A stretch of DNA of 64,000 bases from an uncultured Acidobacteriota bacterium. GTDB lineage: Bacteria; Acidobacteriota; Blastocatellia; RBC074. A model generated the notes under the pieces. It made no database searches. It saw nothing but the letters and a program-made list of their open reading frames with translations, and had not been told where the DNA came from. The stretch's first letter is position 1, and every line of letters starts with the position of its first letter. Below are positions 28,381 through 39,500 of this stretch, piece after piece. The stretch lies in assembly GCA_963796275.1 (NCBI GenBank), contig CAWCKY010000006.1, positions 2,528,001-2,592,000 of the forward strand, given 5' to 3'. The position numbers were made by a program, and so were the translations under genes.

Positions 28381-29664
28381 TCACTTACCGGGCGAGAAGC
28401 TGAATTCAATATTTCCGCGCACGCTCACCGGCACTCCATCTTTAATTGCCGGGTTAAATCGGATTTTATGAGCAGCCTCAATAGCTTTCTCCGTCAGCCC
28501 ATCAGGCAATCCGCGCACGACCCTGATACTCCTGATTTTACCCTCTGCTGTGAAGACGACGTTCAAAACTACAGTTCCTTCTATTCTGTTGCGGAGCGCC
28601 TCTTCCGTGTATTTTCCTCTCTCTTTGTAGAGTATTGTCGGCCTCAGTTCGGCGGTCATCGGTAGCACCCCGTTACTCGGCTGATCGCCAAAAGATACTG
28701 TCGCCATCTCTTTGTTCTGCTCCCGATGCAACTTCGCTCTGGCTGCGTCCTCCGGATTCGCTACCGTAAGATCGACCACATCGGCTCCCGTTTTGGCTGA
28801 ATTGTCCGGACTCACCGACGTTAACTCCTGGACTTTGTAATCCGAGGGAATTTCAAAAAGCGTTGCGTCCGGCTCGCCCAGATTGATATTGGTCATTTTC
28901 CCCGTCGATTCTCCCGATCGAGGATCGGATGATTTTATCAATACAAACAGCTGTAACTCCTGGGAGTACCATCGCTCGAAGATGATCTCGATCGGTCTTT
29001 CATTATCTATCGATCCCGCCGGTATCGTGTGAGTGATGCGCGTGCCTTCGGCCGCCACTCCCTCGATCGTCTGAGTGCCGAGCGTTTCATCTTTTATATT
29101 TGAATTGTCGGTAAATCCGAGAATCGGTTTTATGAATCCGGGTCCACACGTATTACCCATTGCAATGGCCGCTCTATTCGCCGCCGGGTCGGAAATCGAA
29201 GTCCTCGCTGTAATTACACGTTCCATCATAGGCTGGATCGGTCTGGGGAATTTTCTTGCCGTGCGATTTTGCGGATCGAGTAAAAAGATATGGCCGCCGA
29301 AATGATCGATTACCTGGATCGTTTTATACTCTTGGCCTTCACCGCCATCGACGCGCCGGATTTTGCCCGAACTCTCCCGGCGGATGCGCCCCGCTCCGTC
29401 ACGATAGATCATTGTCGTCGTTCGAGTTACGATACGATTGCCGTCGGCCAGCGTTTGTGCACTCTCACATACCATCTCTCCCGAGAACGGAGCATTCTTG
29501 ATAGCCGCAATCGTTCCGTCGGAACCGCCACGTAGGACTAATGAAGGTGGTTTCCTCTTCTGACTTTCATCCTGTGCAGATGCATTATTGCCGCAGATGC
29601 CCGCCGATAACGCCAGCACGACTGCGAAAAATTGGGGAAATATCATTCTCGTCGTTTTTCTCAA
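28381..29664 (-). CDS. Secreted protein: Acidobacterial beta-rich domain fused to a TonB C-terminal domain
   Basis: APFS...QTLADGNRI...YRDGAGRIRRE...WYSQELQ...DPRSGE...EPDATLF, then YTEEA..IEGTVVL..GLPDGL..FNPA. Confidence 0.88.
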   Translation of the reverse strand: MRKTTRMIFPQFFAVVLALSAGICGNNASAQDESQKRKPPSLVLRGGSDGTIAAIKNAPFSGEMVCESAQTLADGNRIVTRTTTMIYRDGAGRIRRESSGKIRRVDGGEGQEYKTIQVIDHFGGHIFLLDPQNRTARKFPRPIQPMMERVITARTSISDPAANRAAIAMGNTCGPGFIKPILGFTDNSNIKDETLGTQTIEGVAAEGTRITHTIPAGSIDNERPIEIIFERWYSQELQLFVLIKSSDPRSGESTGKMTNINLGEPDATLFEIPSDYKVQELTSVSPDNSAKTGADVVDLTVANPEDAARAKLHREQNKEMATVSFGDQPSNGVLPMTAELRPTILYKERGKYTEEALRNRIEGTVVLNVVFTAEGKIRSIRVVRGLPDGLTEKAIEAAHKIRFNPAIKDGVPVSVRGNIEFSFSPGK

Positions 29665-29891
29665 AATAGAATCTCCTTCAGATTGTGAAAGTATAGATGG
29701 GGCTGTCGATTACATTTCAAACATAGAACGCAGGCGGGAGCGTGAAGTTGCAAAATATGGAATCCGACAGCGTCATCGACGGTATTTCACGACCATGACT
29801 GACCATTACTTATCCACTAGAATTCAAACAAAAACCATCTATGGGGAGAACGAGCGAGGCATTTCATTATGTGCCGGTCTGCATTCAGCGT

Positions 29892-29951
29892 GTGAACCGA
29901 GAATCTCCACCTATAACCTCAGTTTGGGCGTTTAGGTGGAGCGTGTCAATA
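29892..29951. repeat. Dispersed ~60-bp motif, copy 2
   Basis: Matches 26179-26239 in the same orientation. Confidence 0.85.
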
Positions 29952-30150
29952 AGTGAGTTGTCGTCTATTTTGCCGGCCTCGGCATCGGGGCTCCCCTTAC
30001 ACAGAGACGAATTACCCATTGCGTGGCCTCGCATAGGATTGCCCCTCAATCGCAACGATCATTCATCTCGGGACCGAGAGGTCGATGGGTTCGAGTCCAT
30101 TCGCCCCGACTCGGAGAAGCAATAAGTTACGGGTTCCGAATGGAAGCCAA

Positions 30151-31404
30151 TTACCTCTCCGTCGCGTAGGTAATGCCCGAATACTGCATCTCTTCCCATG
30201 TCTGCTCGCCCCAGCGCACCGTGACTTTCGGGTCGGGATTCCAGGGATTCCCCACCGAATTGTCGTAGTGTGCCGTCGCTTCGAGCCGTGCGCCCTTAGG
30301 TACGGCCAGCGGCTTGGCGTAGATGTAATACGTCTGCCAATTAAAATCATACTTGGGGACGGACAGCACGACTTCCTTGCGGCCATCGGGGTAGACGAGC
30401 CTGTACTCCCAACTCTTGCCGCGCAGGTGAGTATGCGGGAAAAGCGCGAAAATTTGCACGTCCTCGTTGAATTCAATCGCCGACTCGACCGATTCGTTGC
30501 TGGCACCCGGCGGTATGCGCAACAGCGGGTTGGCAAAGGCGCTCGATCGGACTTCCAGTTGCGGCGGCTGCTTGGCGAAGATGATGCCGACGCTTGAGGT
30601 ATCGCTGGCTGCCGTGCCGTTTGTCGTGTAGTGCATCTGGAACGTCAGCACGGAACCGGACTTGAGACGTAGCGCCGTGCCGGGTTTGAAAATCATCGCG
30701 TTCGTGCCCGGCGCGGTCGTGGCGATCAATGAGCCCGGCATTTGCCGGCGCGCGCCGGCAGACAGTTGCGGCACGACTTGTTTGTAGGCCGCCGACTGCG
30801 GCTCTGCTCCGCCCGGCTCGCGGCAAAACACCAGGATGTGATGCACGACGCTGCGCGCGCCGGGGCGCACTTCGATGGCCTGCACCCATTTGTCTTCAGT
30901 GAAATTCGTCGGTGCCTGGAAATACTGATAATCAATTGTGCCTTCCCCCGGCACTGCATATGGTTTTGGCATGCTGATGACCGCGTCGGGCGTGCCGATT
31001 TCCCAGCCATCGGCGAATTTCGGCGCGGGCGGCAAATCCTTGGCCTCGCCTTTCAGCGCGCCGCTGCCCACCCAAGCAATCAGCGTCGCTTTCTCTTGTT
31101 CACTCAAGCGCCGGTCGTTTGAGAACGTGCCGTGCGATTCCGCCGCGTGCCAGGGCGGCATCTGTCCGCTGGCGACTTGTTCGCGGATAGCTTTGGCCCA
31201 GGGGCGCGCTTGTTCGTAGGTCAGCAAAGACATCGGCGCGATGTCGCCGGGGCGATGGCAACTCGCGCAATGCTTGTAGAGAATCGGCGCCACGTCTTTG
31301 GTGAACGTCGGCGACCCCGCCGTCGTTTGGGGCGTGCGCGCCGAGAAGAAAACTAAAAGCATAGCACCCAATGCCGCTACGCCCGTCAGGCGAGTCCTTG
31401 TCAT
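30151..31404 (-). CDS. Cytochrome c / copper type II monooxygenase-like secreted protein
   Basis: Signal peptide, CASCH heme motif, MPPW, VHH, QMHY, PHTHLRG, WGEQTWEEM. Confidence 0.85.
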   Translation of the reverse strand: MTRTRLTGVAALGAMLLVFFSARTPQTTAGSPTFTKDVAPILYKHCASCHRPGDIAPMSLLTYEQARPWAKAIREQVASGQMPPWHAAESHGTFSNDRRLSEQEKATLIAWVGSGALKGEAKDLPPAPKFADGWEIGTPDAVISMPKPYAVPGEGTIDYQYFQAPTNFTEDKWVQAIEVRPGARSVVHHILVFCREPGGAEPQSAAYKQVVPQLSAGARRQMPGSLIATTAPGTNAMIFKPGTALRLKSGSVLTFQMHYTTNGTAASDTSSVGIIFAKQPPQLEVRSSAFANPLLRIPPGASNESVESAIEFNEDVQIFALFPHTHLRGKSWEYRLVYPDGRKEVVLSVPKYDFNWQTYYIYAKPLAVPKGARLEATAHYDNSVGNPWNPDPKVTVRWGEQTWEEMQYSGITYATER

Positions 31405-31607
31405 ATCAATTCCTCTCTTATTGATCCAAGTTGCTTGGCAGCAAACGGCCTAATTCGCCGCGCTTTTAAGCGCGCCGCCGCCCAGCCGGCCGGTGAGCAT
31501 GATGGGCAGATCATTACCTTGGTTGCCGAGAGGAAGAGGCGGAAAAGAAGCACCAGAGTGATTTTCACCCTTCCTCTCGGCCAAAGCAAAGCCAAAGGGA
31601 TATCAGA

Positions 31608-32039
31608 TCACTTCTGTTGTTGGTTGTCGTAATTGATCATCCAGTGAATTCCAAACTTGTCGCGAAAGGAGCCGAAATAAGCACCCCAGAACACGTCCTG
31701 GAGCGGCATCTCCACGTTTCCTCCGGCGGAGAGTCCGTTGAAGAGTCGTTCTGCTTCCTCTCTGCTCTCCGGCTGGATGGCAATGTGCATGTTATTGCCG
31801 AACGTAAGTTTTTGCCCAAACGATTCAAGCGCATCGGTCCCCATCAGGAGGTTACCTTTACCGATAGGCAAGGAAACGTGCATGATCTTGTCTTTATCCC
31901 CCTGAGGAACATCACCGGCATGCGGCGTGTCCTTGAATCGTTGCAAGGTGACAAATTCTCCGCCGAACACAGATTTGTAGAAGTTGAACGCCTCCTCAGT
32001 GTTACCGGCAAAATTGAGATAGGGATTGATTAATGCCAT
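31608..32039 (-). CDS. VOC family protein (PhnB-like)
   Basis: PYLNFAGNTEEAFNFY, IMHVSL, FWGAYFG..DKFGIHW. Confidence 0.93.
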   Translation of the reverse strand: MALINPYLNFAGNTEEAFNFYKSVFGGEFVTLQRFKDTPHAGDVPQGDKDKIMHVSLPIGKGNLLMGTDALESFGQKLTFGNNMHIAIQPESREEAERLFNGLSAGGNVEMPLQDVFWGAYFGSFRDKFGIHWMINYDNQQQK

Positions 32040-32322
32040 TGTTGTATCTCCTATATTGATTACATATAAAAAGTCGATCGCCGCTTTCCGCCGAAGGCCA
32101 TTGTATTACGATGCTCTCCTCGTCCAGGAATTCAAGACTGGCTACGCCTCGAGGGTCTCCCATCATCTGCGGGCGCGGCTTTATCAAGTAAATCGCGAAA
32201 ACCGGGTGACCCACGTCACGTACCCGCTATAGCTGATCAGCTGTAGAATCCGTGATTCGGTATCCCTTTGTTAATGTACGCTCAACGCTCCAGGAAGTTC
32301 TTCACGTTAGTGAGCGCAAAGC

Positions 32323-32787
32323 TCACGGTTGCAACCAGGGCGGCGTACTCAATCCTTGCTCCAGCAAGTTCTTTATATCGGTGAGCGCATAGCCCCAGAA
32401 GAAGTTGACGTGCTTGTATGCTGCTTCACTGTAGAAGTGATTGTGACGAACGGTCAGGCGGGTCGCGGCGCCAGTCCAATCAAGACTGAACGTGATCATA
32501 GTGCGATTTTCAGGCGCATCTGGCAGGCGTGAGGTCTCGTTCCATTGGTTGTACTGCAAGAGTTTCTCGCGCTCGATGGCGAGCACCGTTCCGCGGTCCC
32601 GAACGATTTCCTTCTTATTAGGCCACCTGGCGGTGAACGTGATGTCGCTGCCGAGTTCCCACCCGGACTCCACACGTGCGCCGCCCATCCATTGCGCGAT
32701 CATATCCGGGTCGGTAAGTGCACGCCACACATCCTTCGTGGACGCAGATATCTCGATAGTTTTTATGATGGCGGATTCAGGTGTCAT
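32323..32787 (-). CDS. SRPBCC/AHSA1 domain protein
   Basis: VWRALTDPDMIAQW, C-terminal W..AL..IK.LLE helix. Confidence 0.9.
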   Translation of the reverse strand: MTPESAIIKTIEISASTKDVWRALTDPDMIAQWMGGARVESGWELGSDITFTARWPNKKEIVRDRGTVLAIEREKLLQYNQWNETSRLPDAPENRTMITFSLDWTGAATRLTVRHNHFYSEAAYKHVNFFWGYALTDIKNLLEQGLSTPPWLQP

Positions 32788-33271
32788 CTAATTTGCCGTA
32801 TCGCTATGATCTGCGACCGTAATGTCGCTCATTCATCTTCTACCACGGTTCCTTTGATGGTACACGATCTTCCAGGTATTTGCGCTGCTCGCCATCCGGT
32901 CGATCTTTGCGTCACTCCTGCCGCGTCCTGAACCAGAGTGTGCGGTAGCAGGTAGTTGCCCGGCGCAACCTCATGTCTTCCAGATATCGATGTACGGGGC
33001 GGAGCGGTATTCCTTCTAGACGGGCGATCTTGCGTCACAGACCGAGCAGAAGCCTCATTGCCCATCTATGCACCGCTTATGTTTTTCTACACAAATAAAT
33101 AAATATGTTGATTTTGAAAAGACTCTCACTAGACCGTTATGTCTTTATGATGATTGAGGATGAGACGGTTGAATCGTGAGCCACCGGTGAGAGATTCGAA
33201 CATCACCTGATGTCAAACCAGCTCACCGCGGCCCACCAAACGCTGAGGGTATCAGGGAATCCTTTGGTGGC

Positions 33272-33901
33272 TCAGAACTTGAAAACGATTCCTGCCGACG
33301 GTTGTGCGGAATGTGTAGTCCTGCGGGAATTCAATGAGTCTCGACCGAAATCTGGTCGACCATAAACAAGCCCGCGATATTCAAGCCTGAATGCAAATCT
33401 ATCACTGATGTCGATGTCCGTGCCCGCGCCATAAACGAACGTACCCTTGTATTGGCCACTGAGTCTGATATTAAAGCCCCCGGCCTGGGTATGGTTGGTG
33501 ACGGGGTCGAAGTTTAATAATCCCGCTCCAGCTATGGCGAAAGGTTTGATAGCGCCTGCACTCCACGGTTTAAACACAAGTGCGCCAGTGAACTGATTTA
33601 CATTGGTCTGAACGTCGAAAACGTCGGGACTGAAGAATACCGAAGAATTTTGAAATGTGTTACGCGTATACCCATAACTTCCATCCGTAGCAAGCCACTT
33701 GTTTAACTGGTGCCGATAACTGATCAGTAGACCACCAGAATTTGTGGTGTGCTGATTGATCCCTCTTCCGGCCGTATCGTTGGTGAAGAAACCAGTACCT
33801 TGTACGCTGATCTCATGTTTCGACGGTTCCTGGGCCAGAGCTATTGAAGTGAATAGCAATGTTGCGAAAAGCGTTATAGCTAATATTCTTAAACGTACCA
33901 T
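33272..33901 (-). CDS. Small outer-membrane beta-barrel protein
   Basis: AAGGAG RBS, signal peptide, alternating beta strands, FVYGAG, terminal IVFKF. Confidence 0.9.
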   Translation of the reverse strand: MVRLRILAITLFATLLFTSIALAQEPSKHEISVQGTGFFTNDTAGRGINQHTTNSGGLLISYRHQLNKWLATDGSYGYTRNTFQNSSVFFSPDVFDVQTNVNQFTGALVFKPWSAGAIKPFAIAGAGLLNFDPVTNHTQAGGFNIRLSGQYKGTFVYGAGTDIDISDRFAFRLEYRGLVYGRPDFGRDSLNSRRTTHSAQPSAGIVFKF

Positions 33902-34419
33902 CGATCTCCTTTTTATTGGAAAAGAGACACAAATATATGGTTTTTTGTATGTTTGTAGACTACTATCCATACGGACTTGTACCTCCTTTCCTTCTGTGAA
34001 TACAGTTTTCAGCGGCATCAATACACCGCTCGTGACAAGCAATGAACGTGGCGCCTGCATCTATTTTGCAATCTAATTGAAATATCGCGATCACTAAGGG
34101 AGAAAAACGCGGGAAATCGCTCTACGTAAAGAGCCTTTGGGAGTTCCCTGTGCTCACAGGTTGGGTTGAGACAATACGTTGAAACGCTGGATTAGACTCA
34201 TACATGCGGCTACGCGGCAATTCGGCATGGGCTGTTAAACGACCAAACTGAATTTCAATAAATCAGGCCACCCAACATTGGTACGGCGGCACACTCTTCG
34301 GGGGTAGTTTCTAAACCTCGATTCCTATCGCTCTCATCAGCTCGATCGCATTGCTGTTTCCTGCAATCCCCTGCCTGAGAATATAATCGAATTCCATTTG
34401 TCCGTTATTCAGATTACAT

Positions 34420-34692
34420 TCAAATGCACTTCAGTCGTATTTTCTCGATCCTCTTTTGAATACTGAATAGGTAAAAAAGTACGAGAATGTATAAATAGAC
34501 AGCGACAAACATCGTTAACACCGTGACCCGGGGGGTAGTACCTGCGCGAGGAATATACGATAAAATAATCAGGCCCGTGAACAGACATACCAGAAACAGG
34601 ATTCCGGCGAGACGGTAATGTCGTATCTGCAACTTCGACAGGGCGCGATACCTCTCAAAACGTTCTCTATATACCTCAGCTGCCCTCGTCAT
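34420..34692 (-). CDS. Small hypothetical membrane protein
   Basis: Two hydrophobic helices, about 90 aa, AT-rich; start uncertain. Confidence 0.4.
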   Translation of the reverse strand: MTRAAEVYRERFERYRALSKLQIRHYRLAGILFLVCLFTGLIILSYIPRAGTTPRVTVLTMFVAVYLYILVLFYLFSIQKRIEKIRLKCI

Positions 34693-34727
34693 ATCAGAAT
34701 CCATATTTGAGCAGAACTTGCATATTA

Positions 34728-36389
34728 TTACGGTCGAAATTGGTCCATCGCCGGTAAGGGCCGATGGTCGAAGTCGAAGAGAGCCTGGTTCTCCCACGCA
34801 TTTCCTGATGAAGGGTCCGCCGGGTTCCATCCGTTGCCCGGCATGGCAATCCATGTGGCATCCCAGTAGAACACTCCCAGGCCCCTACCGTTCGGCACGG
34901 CCCGCATAATCGACATGACATCGCGAAAGTTTGCTGCCTGTCCTTCCGGCGTGGCGGAATAGCCTGCCACGAGCTGGTCGGGAGTACCGATCAGGTTCGG
35001 CCATCCGTCGGCGTCTGCGAGCGCGAACGGATAGGCGGTTTCGGCAACAACTACGTCTTTGCCGTAGCGGGACGAGATATCGTTAAGGTTTCTCTGCAGA
35101 TCACCGAGCGAGCCATGATAGAACCCGTAGTAGGAGGCTCCGATCATGTCGAATTGGACTGCCTGTGCCGTGATATTGTCGAACCACCAGCGATAGAGCC
35201 CGTTATCACCGCCGTTCGCGAGATGGAGCATGACCTTCGTGTGTGGCGAGCAGTCTTTGACCGCTTCGTATCCTGCCTTGAGGAAGCCTGCCAGATTTTC
35301 CCACTGCGGTGGATTCCACGTGTGCCCGTCAGGCCACAACAGGCCAGAGTTCAGCTCATTTCCGAGTTGGATCATATCCGGAGCCGTGGCCTGGGCCTTC
35401 AAGCTGTAACAGATATCGAAAGTGTAATCGTAGACCGCTCGCCGGAGCTCCTCAACCGTGTAACTCGCCCATGCCGCGGGCTTCCCCTGTTGACCAGGAT
35501 CTGCCCAGCTGTCGGAGTAGTGGAGATCGACCAGCACTTTGAGGCCGGAGGCTTTCGCGCGCCGTGCCATTCTCAAGAGCTCCTGCTTCTCGTGATAGCC
35601 GTCTGCTGGATCAACCCAGACACGCAGCCGGATGTGACTCGCCCCGTGTTCTCTGAGTATCTTCAGAGCGGAGCGCGAGCGCTGGCGATGATCGTCCCAG
35701 TGATCATCGTAATAGATACCGCCCAGGGCTTCCGACTTGTTGAGACTCGACACGTCTGCTCCGAGGACCGAGAGCCGTGCTGCACCCCGGACGAGCTCGA
35801 CGTCATCGAAGTTCGACCACTCGCCACCGGCGGCTTCCGTATGTAGCGCGACGGTGCAGCGTCCACCGCGGGCGCGCGCCGACACGACGATCTGGAGCCA
35901 TTGATCCGGCCGGGCGACAGGCAGCTCGACCCGCTCACTTTCGTTTCTACACTTGAGTTGTAGGTAGCTGTTGTTTCGGCCGGGGCTTCGCCTCACCCAG
36001 GCGCGTAGCGTATACCAACCGTCGCGTAAGTTCGCGAACGTCTGGCTCGTCTCGACCGAGTATTCATCCGCATTCCGATGCGCCAGATGGAACCCGCCCA
36101 GATGCCCTCCGGGCACGATTGAGGTGGCAGCCGTCGTTCCGGAATTCGTCCATCCGGAGGGAGCCGTGGGTATCGCGCCATCGTCTTCGAACCCGGGATT
36201 GGTGAGTGCAGGGAGACTGGTCGCTTTTCCAGATTGCCAGCTCGATCGATGCCCGTCATTGCCGGGAAGCTCACCAGGATTCGATGCTTTTGATGAATTT
36301 AGCAGAACCGAAAATATCAAACCGGCGCAGAGAAGAATGCAGGCCGAGCGCAAAACAGCAGCAGAGGCATAACTGAAAGTATGAAACAT
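34728..36389 (-). CDS. GH53 endo-1,4-beta-galactanase with N-terminal CBM-like domain
   Basis: GADVSSL, IRLRVWVDP, HYSDSWADPG, QLGNE (acid/base), VAETAY (nucleophile), WENQALFD; NPGFE carbohydrate-binding-type N-domain. Confidence 0.95.
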   Translation of the reverse strand: MFHTFSYASAAVLRSACILLCAGLIFSVLLNSSKASNPGELPGNDGHRSSWQSGKATSLPALTNPGFEDDGAIPTAPSGWTNSGTTAATSIVPGGHLGGFHLAHRNADEYSVETSQTFANLRDGWYTLRAWVRRSPGRNNSYLQLKCRNESERVELPVARPDQWLQIVVSARARGGRCTVALHTEAAGGEWSNFDDVELVRGAARLSVLGADVSSLNKSEALGGIYYDDHWDDHRQRSRSALKILREHGASHIRLRVWVDPADGYHEKQELLRMARRAKASGLKVLVDLHYSDSWADPGQQGKPAAWASYTVEELRRAVYDYTFDICYSLKAQATAPDMIQLGNELNSGLLWPDGHTWNPPQWENLAGFLKAGYEAVKDCSPHTKVMLHLANGGDNGLYRWWFDNITAQAVQFDMIGASYYGFYHGSLGDLQRNLNDISSRYGKDVVVAETAYPFALADADGWPNLIGTPDQLVAGYSATPEGQAANFRDVMSIMRAVPNGRGLGVFYWDATWIAMPGNGWNPADPSSGNAWENQALFDFDHRPLPAMDQFRP

Positions 36390-36560
36390 ACAGTAGTTCT
36401 CCTAACTGTTAATTTGATTTCCTCCCACCCAACCGCTTTACGGTTTAAGTGGGATTCCTGCGCCGAGTTGCCAACGACTGCGCGCACCTCGTAGTGCTGA
36501 CTTTCCCGGGGTCCGACCGCGAACTCGCGGATATATCTTCCTGCGAGTCGGCCATTTTAT

Positions 36561-39500
36561 TTAGAAAATTATCTTCAACCCGAACTGTATTTGCCTTGGA
36601 TCGAACGCCGATGCGATCTGACCGAAGGCCGAAGCGTTGAAAGTCGCCTCCGGGTAGTTGAAGTTCGCATGGTTGAACGCGTTGAAAAATTCCGTGCGGA
36701 ACTGAATCCGAAACCTCTCGGTCACGCTGAAATTCCGGCTCAGGGCGAAGTCAATGTTTTGGAAACCCGGCCCAGTGATAATGTTGCGGCCCGCGGTTCC
36801 GAACGAACCGGTCGTCGACTGTTGAAAAGCGTCTTTATTGAACCATTGTTCGACAGTTTTCGGCCCGGAATTCGGATCGCCGATCAGGTTCGGGCGGTCG
36901 TTGCGGTTAAGCGTGTTGCTGAAATCCCCGCTTAGCACGGCTGTGAAAGGTCGACCGGATTGCAGGGATAGGATCCCCGAAGCCTGCCACCCGCCGAAGA
37001 TGTATGCCAGCGGACCGCTGCCGAAAACCTTATGTCCCTTGCCGAGCGGAATCTCCCAGATCGTGCTCGTCACGACACGATGCCGCACGTCGAAATCGGA
37101 ACGCCCGCGCTCGGCGCTCAGGTTGCGCGTATCCTGAGCATTTGCGCTCGACGCGCTGCTGCTGGTCGAAATGCCCGGGGAGTTGTCGATGGATTTGCTG
37201 AAAGTGTAAGACGCCAGCAGTGACAGCCCCTTTGTGTAACGCTTCTCGGCTTTCAACTCCATTGAATGATAGGTTGAATTCGCCACGCTCTCGATCCAGG
37301 TGATGTTGCCGAATTGCGGATACGGGCGGCGTGCCTGAATCTGCTGTGCCGGCCCGGGGGTGGCCTGATTCAGATTGCGGTTGAGCGGAAGATGGCTTCC
37401 CTTAGATCCCAGATAGCCGATCTCGAAGACCGTATCGGAGCCGACTTCGCGCTGAAGGCTCAGCCCCCATTGTGTAATGTAGGCCGTGACGAAGTTATCA
37501 TCGATCGCCGTCATCGTCAGCGATCCGTTGGTTGGGGCGGTCGTCGGCACGGCGCCGGGGAATGGATTGTTGAGCGTGATCGGCGCGGCCAGGGTTGAAT
37601 TGAATGTCTGCGGCAGCCGGGCCGGGAAATTGAAGAGCATGCCCAGGAAGCCGTTGCCCGCGGGCTGCACGTTGTAAAAGACTCCGGCGCCGCCGCGCAC
37701 AACAGTCTTCGCGTCGCCCAGCGGCTGCCACGCGAATCCGATGCGCGGCGCGAAGTTGTTGTAATCGTACTTGAAAAGATTATCCGGCACGCCGTTCTGC
37801 CCGGCGACGCGTATCTGGCCAGTCTGCGAGTCGAACGACGTTATGGTGTTGTACTTTTCGGTCATCGGCGTGTTTATTTCCCACCGCAATCCCAGGTTGA
37901 GCGTCAGCCGCGAATTCACTTTCCAATCATCCTGCGTATAAAAGTTGAACGACGAGGTGCGGCTGTAAGTCGAAGGGCCTCGCGGATTGCGTGACGTGCT
38001 GGTTGGAAGGCCGAGCAGCAGGTCGGCGAACGGATATCCGCTGGTCGGCGTGTTGGCCGTTGCGTTGAAATTGAAGATGCCGCGCCCCTGGCTGATGAAA
38101 TACAGATTCGACTGAAACCGGCGGATATCGCCGCCGAATTTCATGGTGTGCGCAGATTTTGTCCAAATCACGTTATCAACAATTTGATAAGTGTTGTCGC
38201 GGCGATCCTGCGGCAGATTGTTCGCGCCGCCGATGTTAGAATAACCGGTGATCGAAACCTGCGGCACACCGCCGTTGAACGGCGTCTCGCCAAAAAATGT
38301 CCCTGATATGTTGAACTGCCCTACGAAATCCACGACGTCATCCTCCTGAATTCGCGGCTGTCGCAACCGGTTGAATCCGAGGCGAACTTCATTAGTCAGG
38401 TTCGATGTGAAAGTATGCGTTTCGACGATGCCGATTAGTTGAGTAGTCAGCCCGGTGTTGCAACCGAAGCCCGGCAGGACGCGGCTGCCGCAGAGCGAAT
38501 TGGACGGCTCGAACGCCGGGTTGTCGTAATAGTTGTAGGTGCCGTAAAGCGAATCTTTCGGCGACAACGCGTGATCGAATCGCGTGCTGATCTGGTTGTA
38601 ATTCTCGCGCCGCGTCGCGCTGAAATTGTAGTTGTTCGACGGTAATCGTCCGGCTGGAGTTGCCGTGGTAGGCGCGGGAAAAAACTTCGCCAGCGCCTGG
38701 CCGATCGGATTGATCAGCGCCTGATCGATCACGTTCAGCATTGCAAACTCTTGCCCGTTAAACGGATTGAGGACGCGCCCCGTATCATCGGCGTTGCCGA
38801 GCATCTGATCCGGTCCCGGCCCGCGCATGGCTCTGAAATCGCCATTGACCATCGTCGCCGTGGGAACCGTCGCAAGCGAGGTTACAGATTGCCGCAGCCG
38901 CAGCCCTTCATAACTGACGAAGAAGAATGTCTTGTCACTGATGATCGGGCCGCCGAGACTGCCGCCGAACAGATTACGCTTGAACGACGGCGCTTTCTCG
39001 CCGGGCTGCAGCCGCAGGAAAAAGTTGCGAGCGTCGAGCGCCTGGTTGCGCAGGAATTCATACGCGGTTCCGTGAAACTGGTTCGTTCCCGATTTGGTGT
39101 TGATCACCACCTGACCGCCGGAGTTGCGCCCATACTCCGCTGAATAGATTCCGCTCAAAAGTTTGAATTCCTGTATTGCATCGATCGAAGGTCGGAAAGA
39201 CGGACCGTTGATCCCCGTGTCGTTATTGTCGATTCCATTCAGTGTGAAGTTGTTCGAGACCTCACTGGAACCGGCTACATTAAACCCGCCACGGAAGCCG
39301 AGAGTGGAGCCCTGCGCTGGCGGCAACACTCGCGGCGCAGTCAGAGCGAGCCCGTAAAATTCGCGGCTGTTGAGCGGAAGTTCCACAACCTGCTTGTTGG
39401 AAATCACGGTGCCCACTGAGGCCGAATCTGTCTGAACCAGCGAAGTCGCGGCCGTGACTTCTACCGATTCCGAAACCTGCCCGATCTGGAGCGTGAAATC

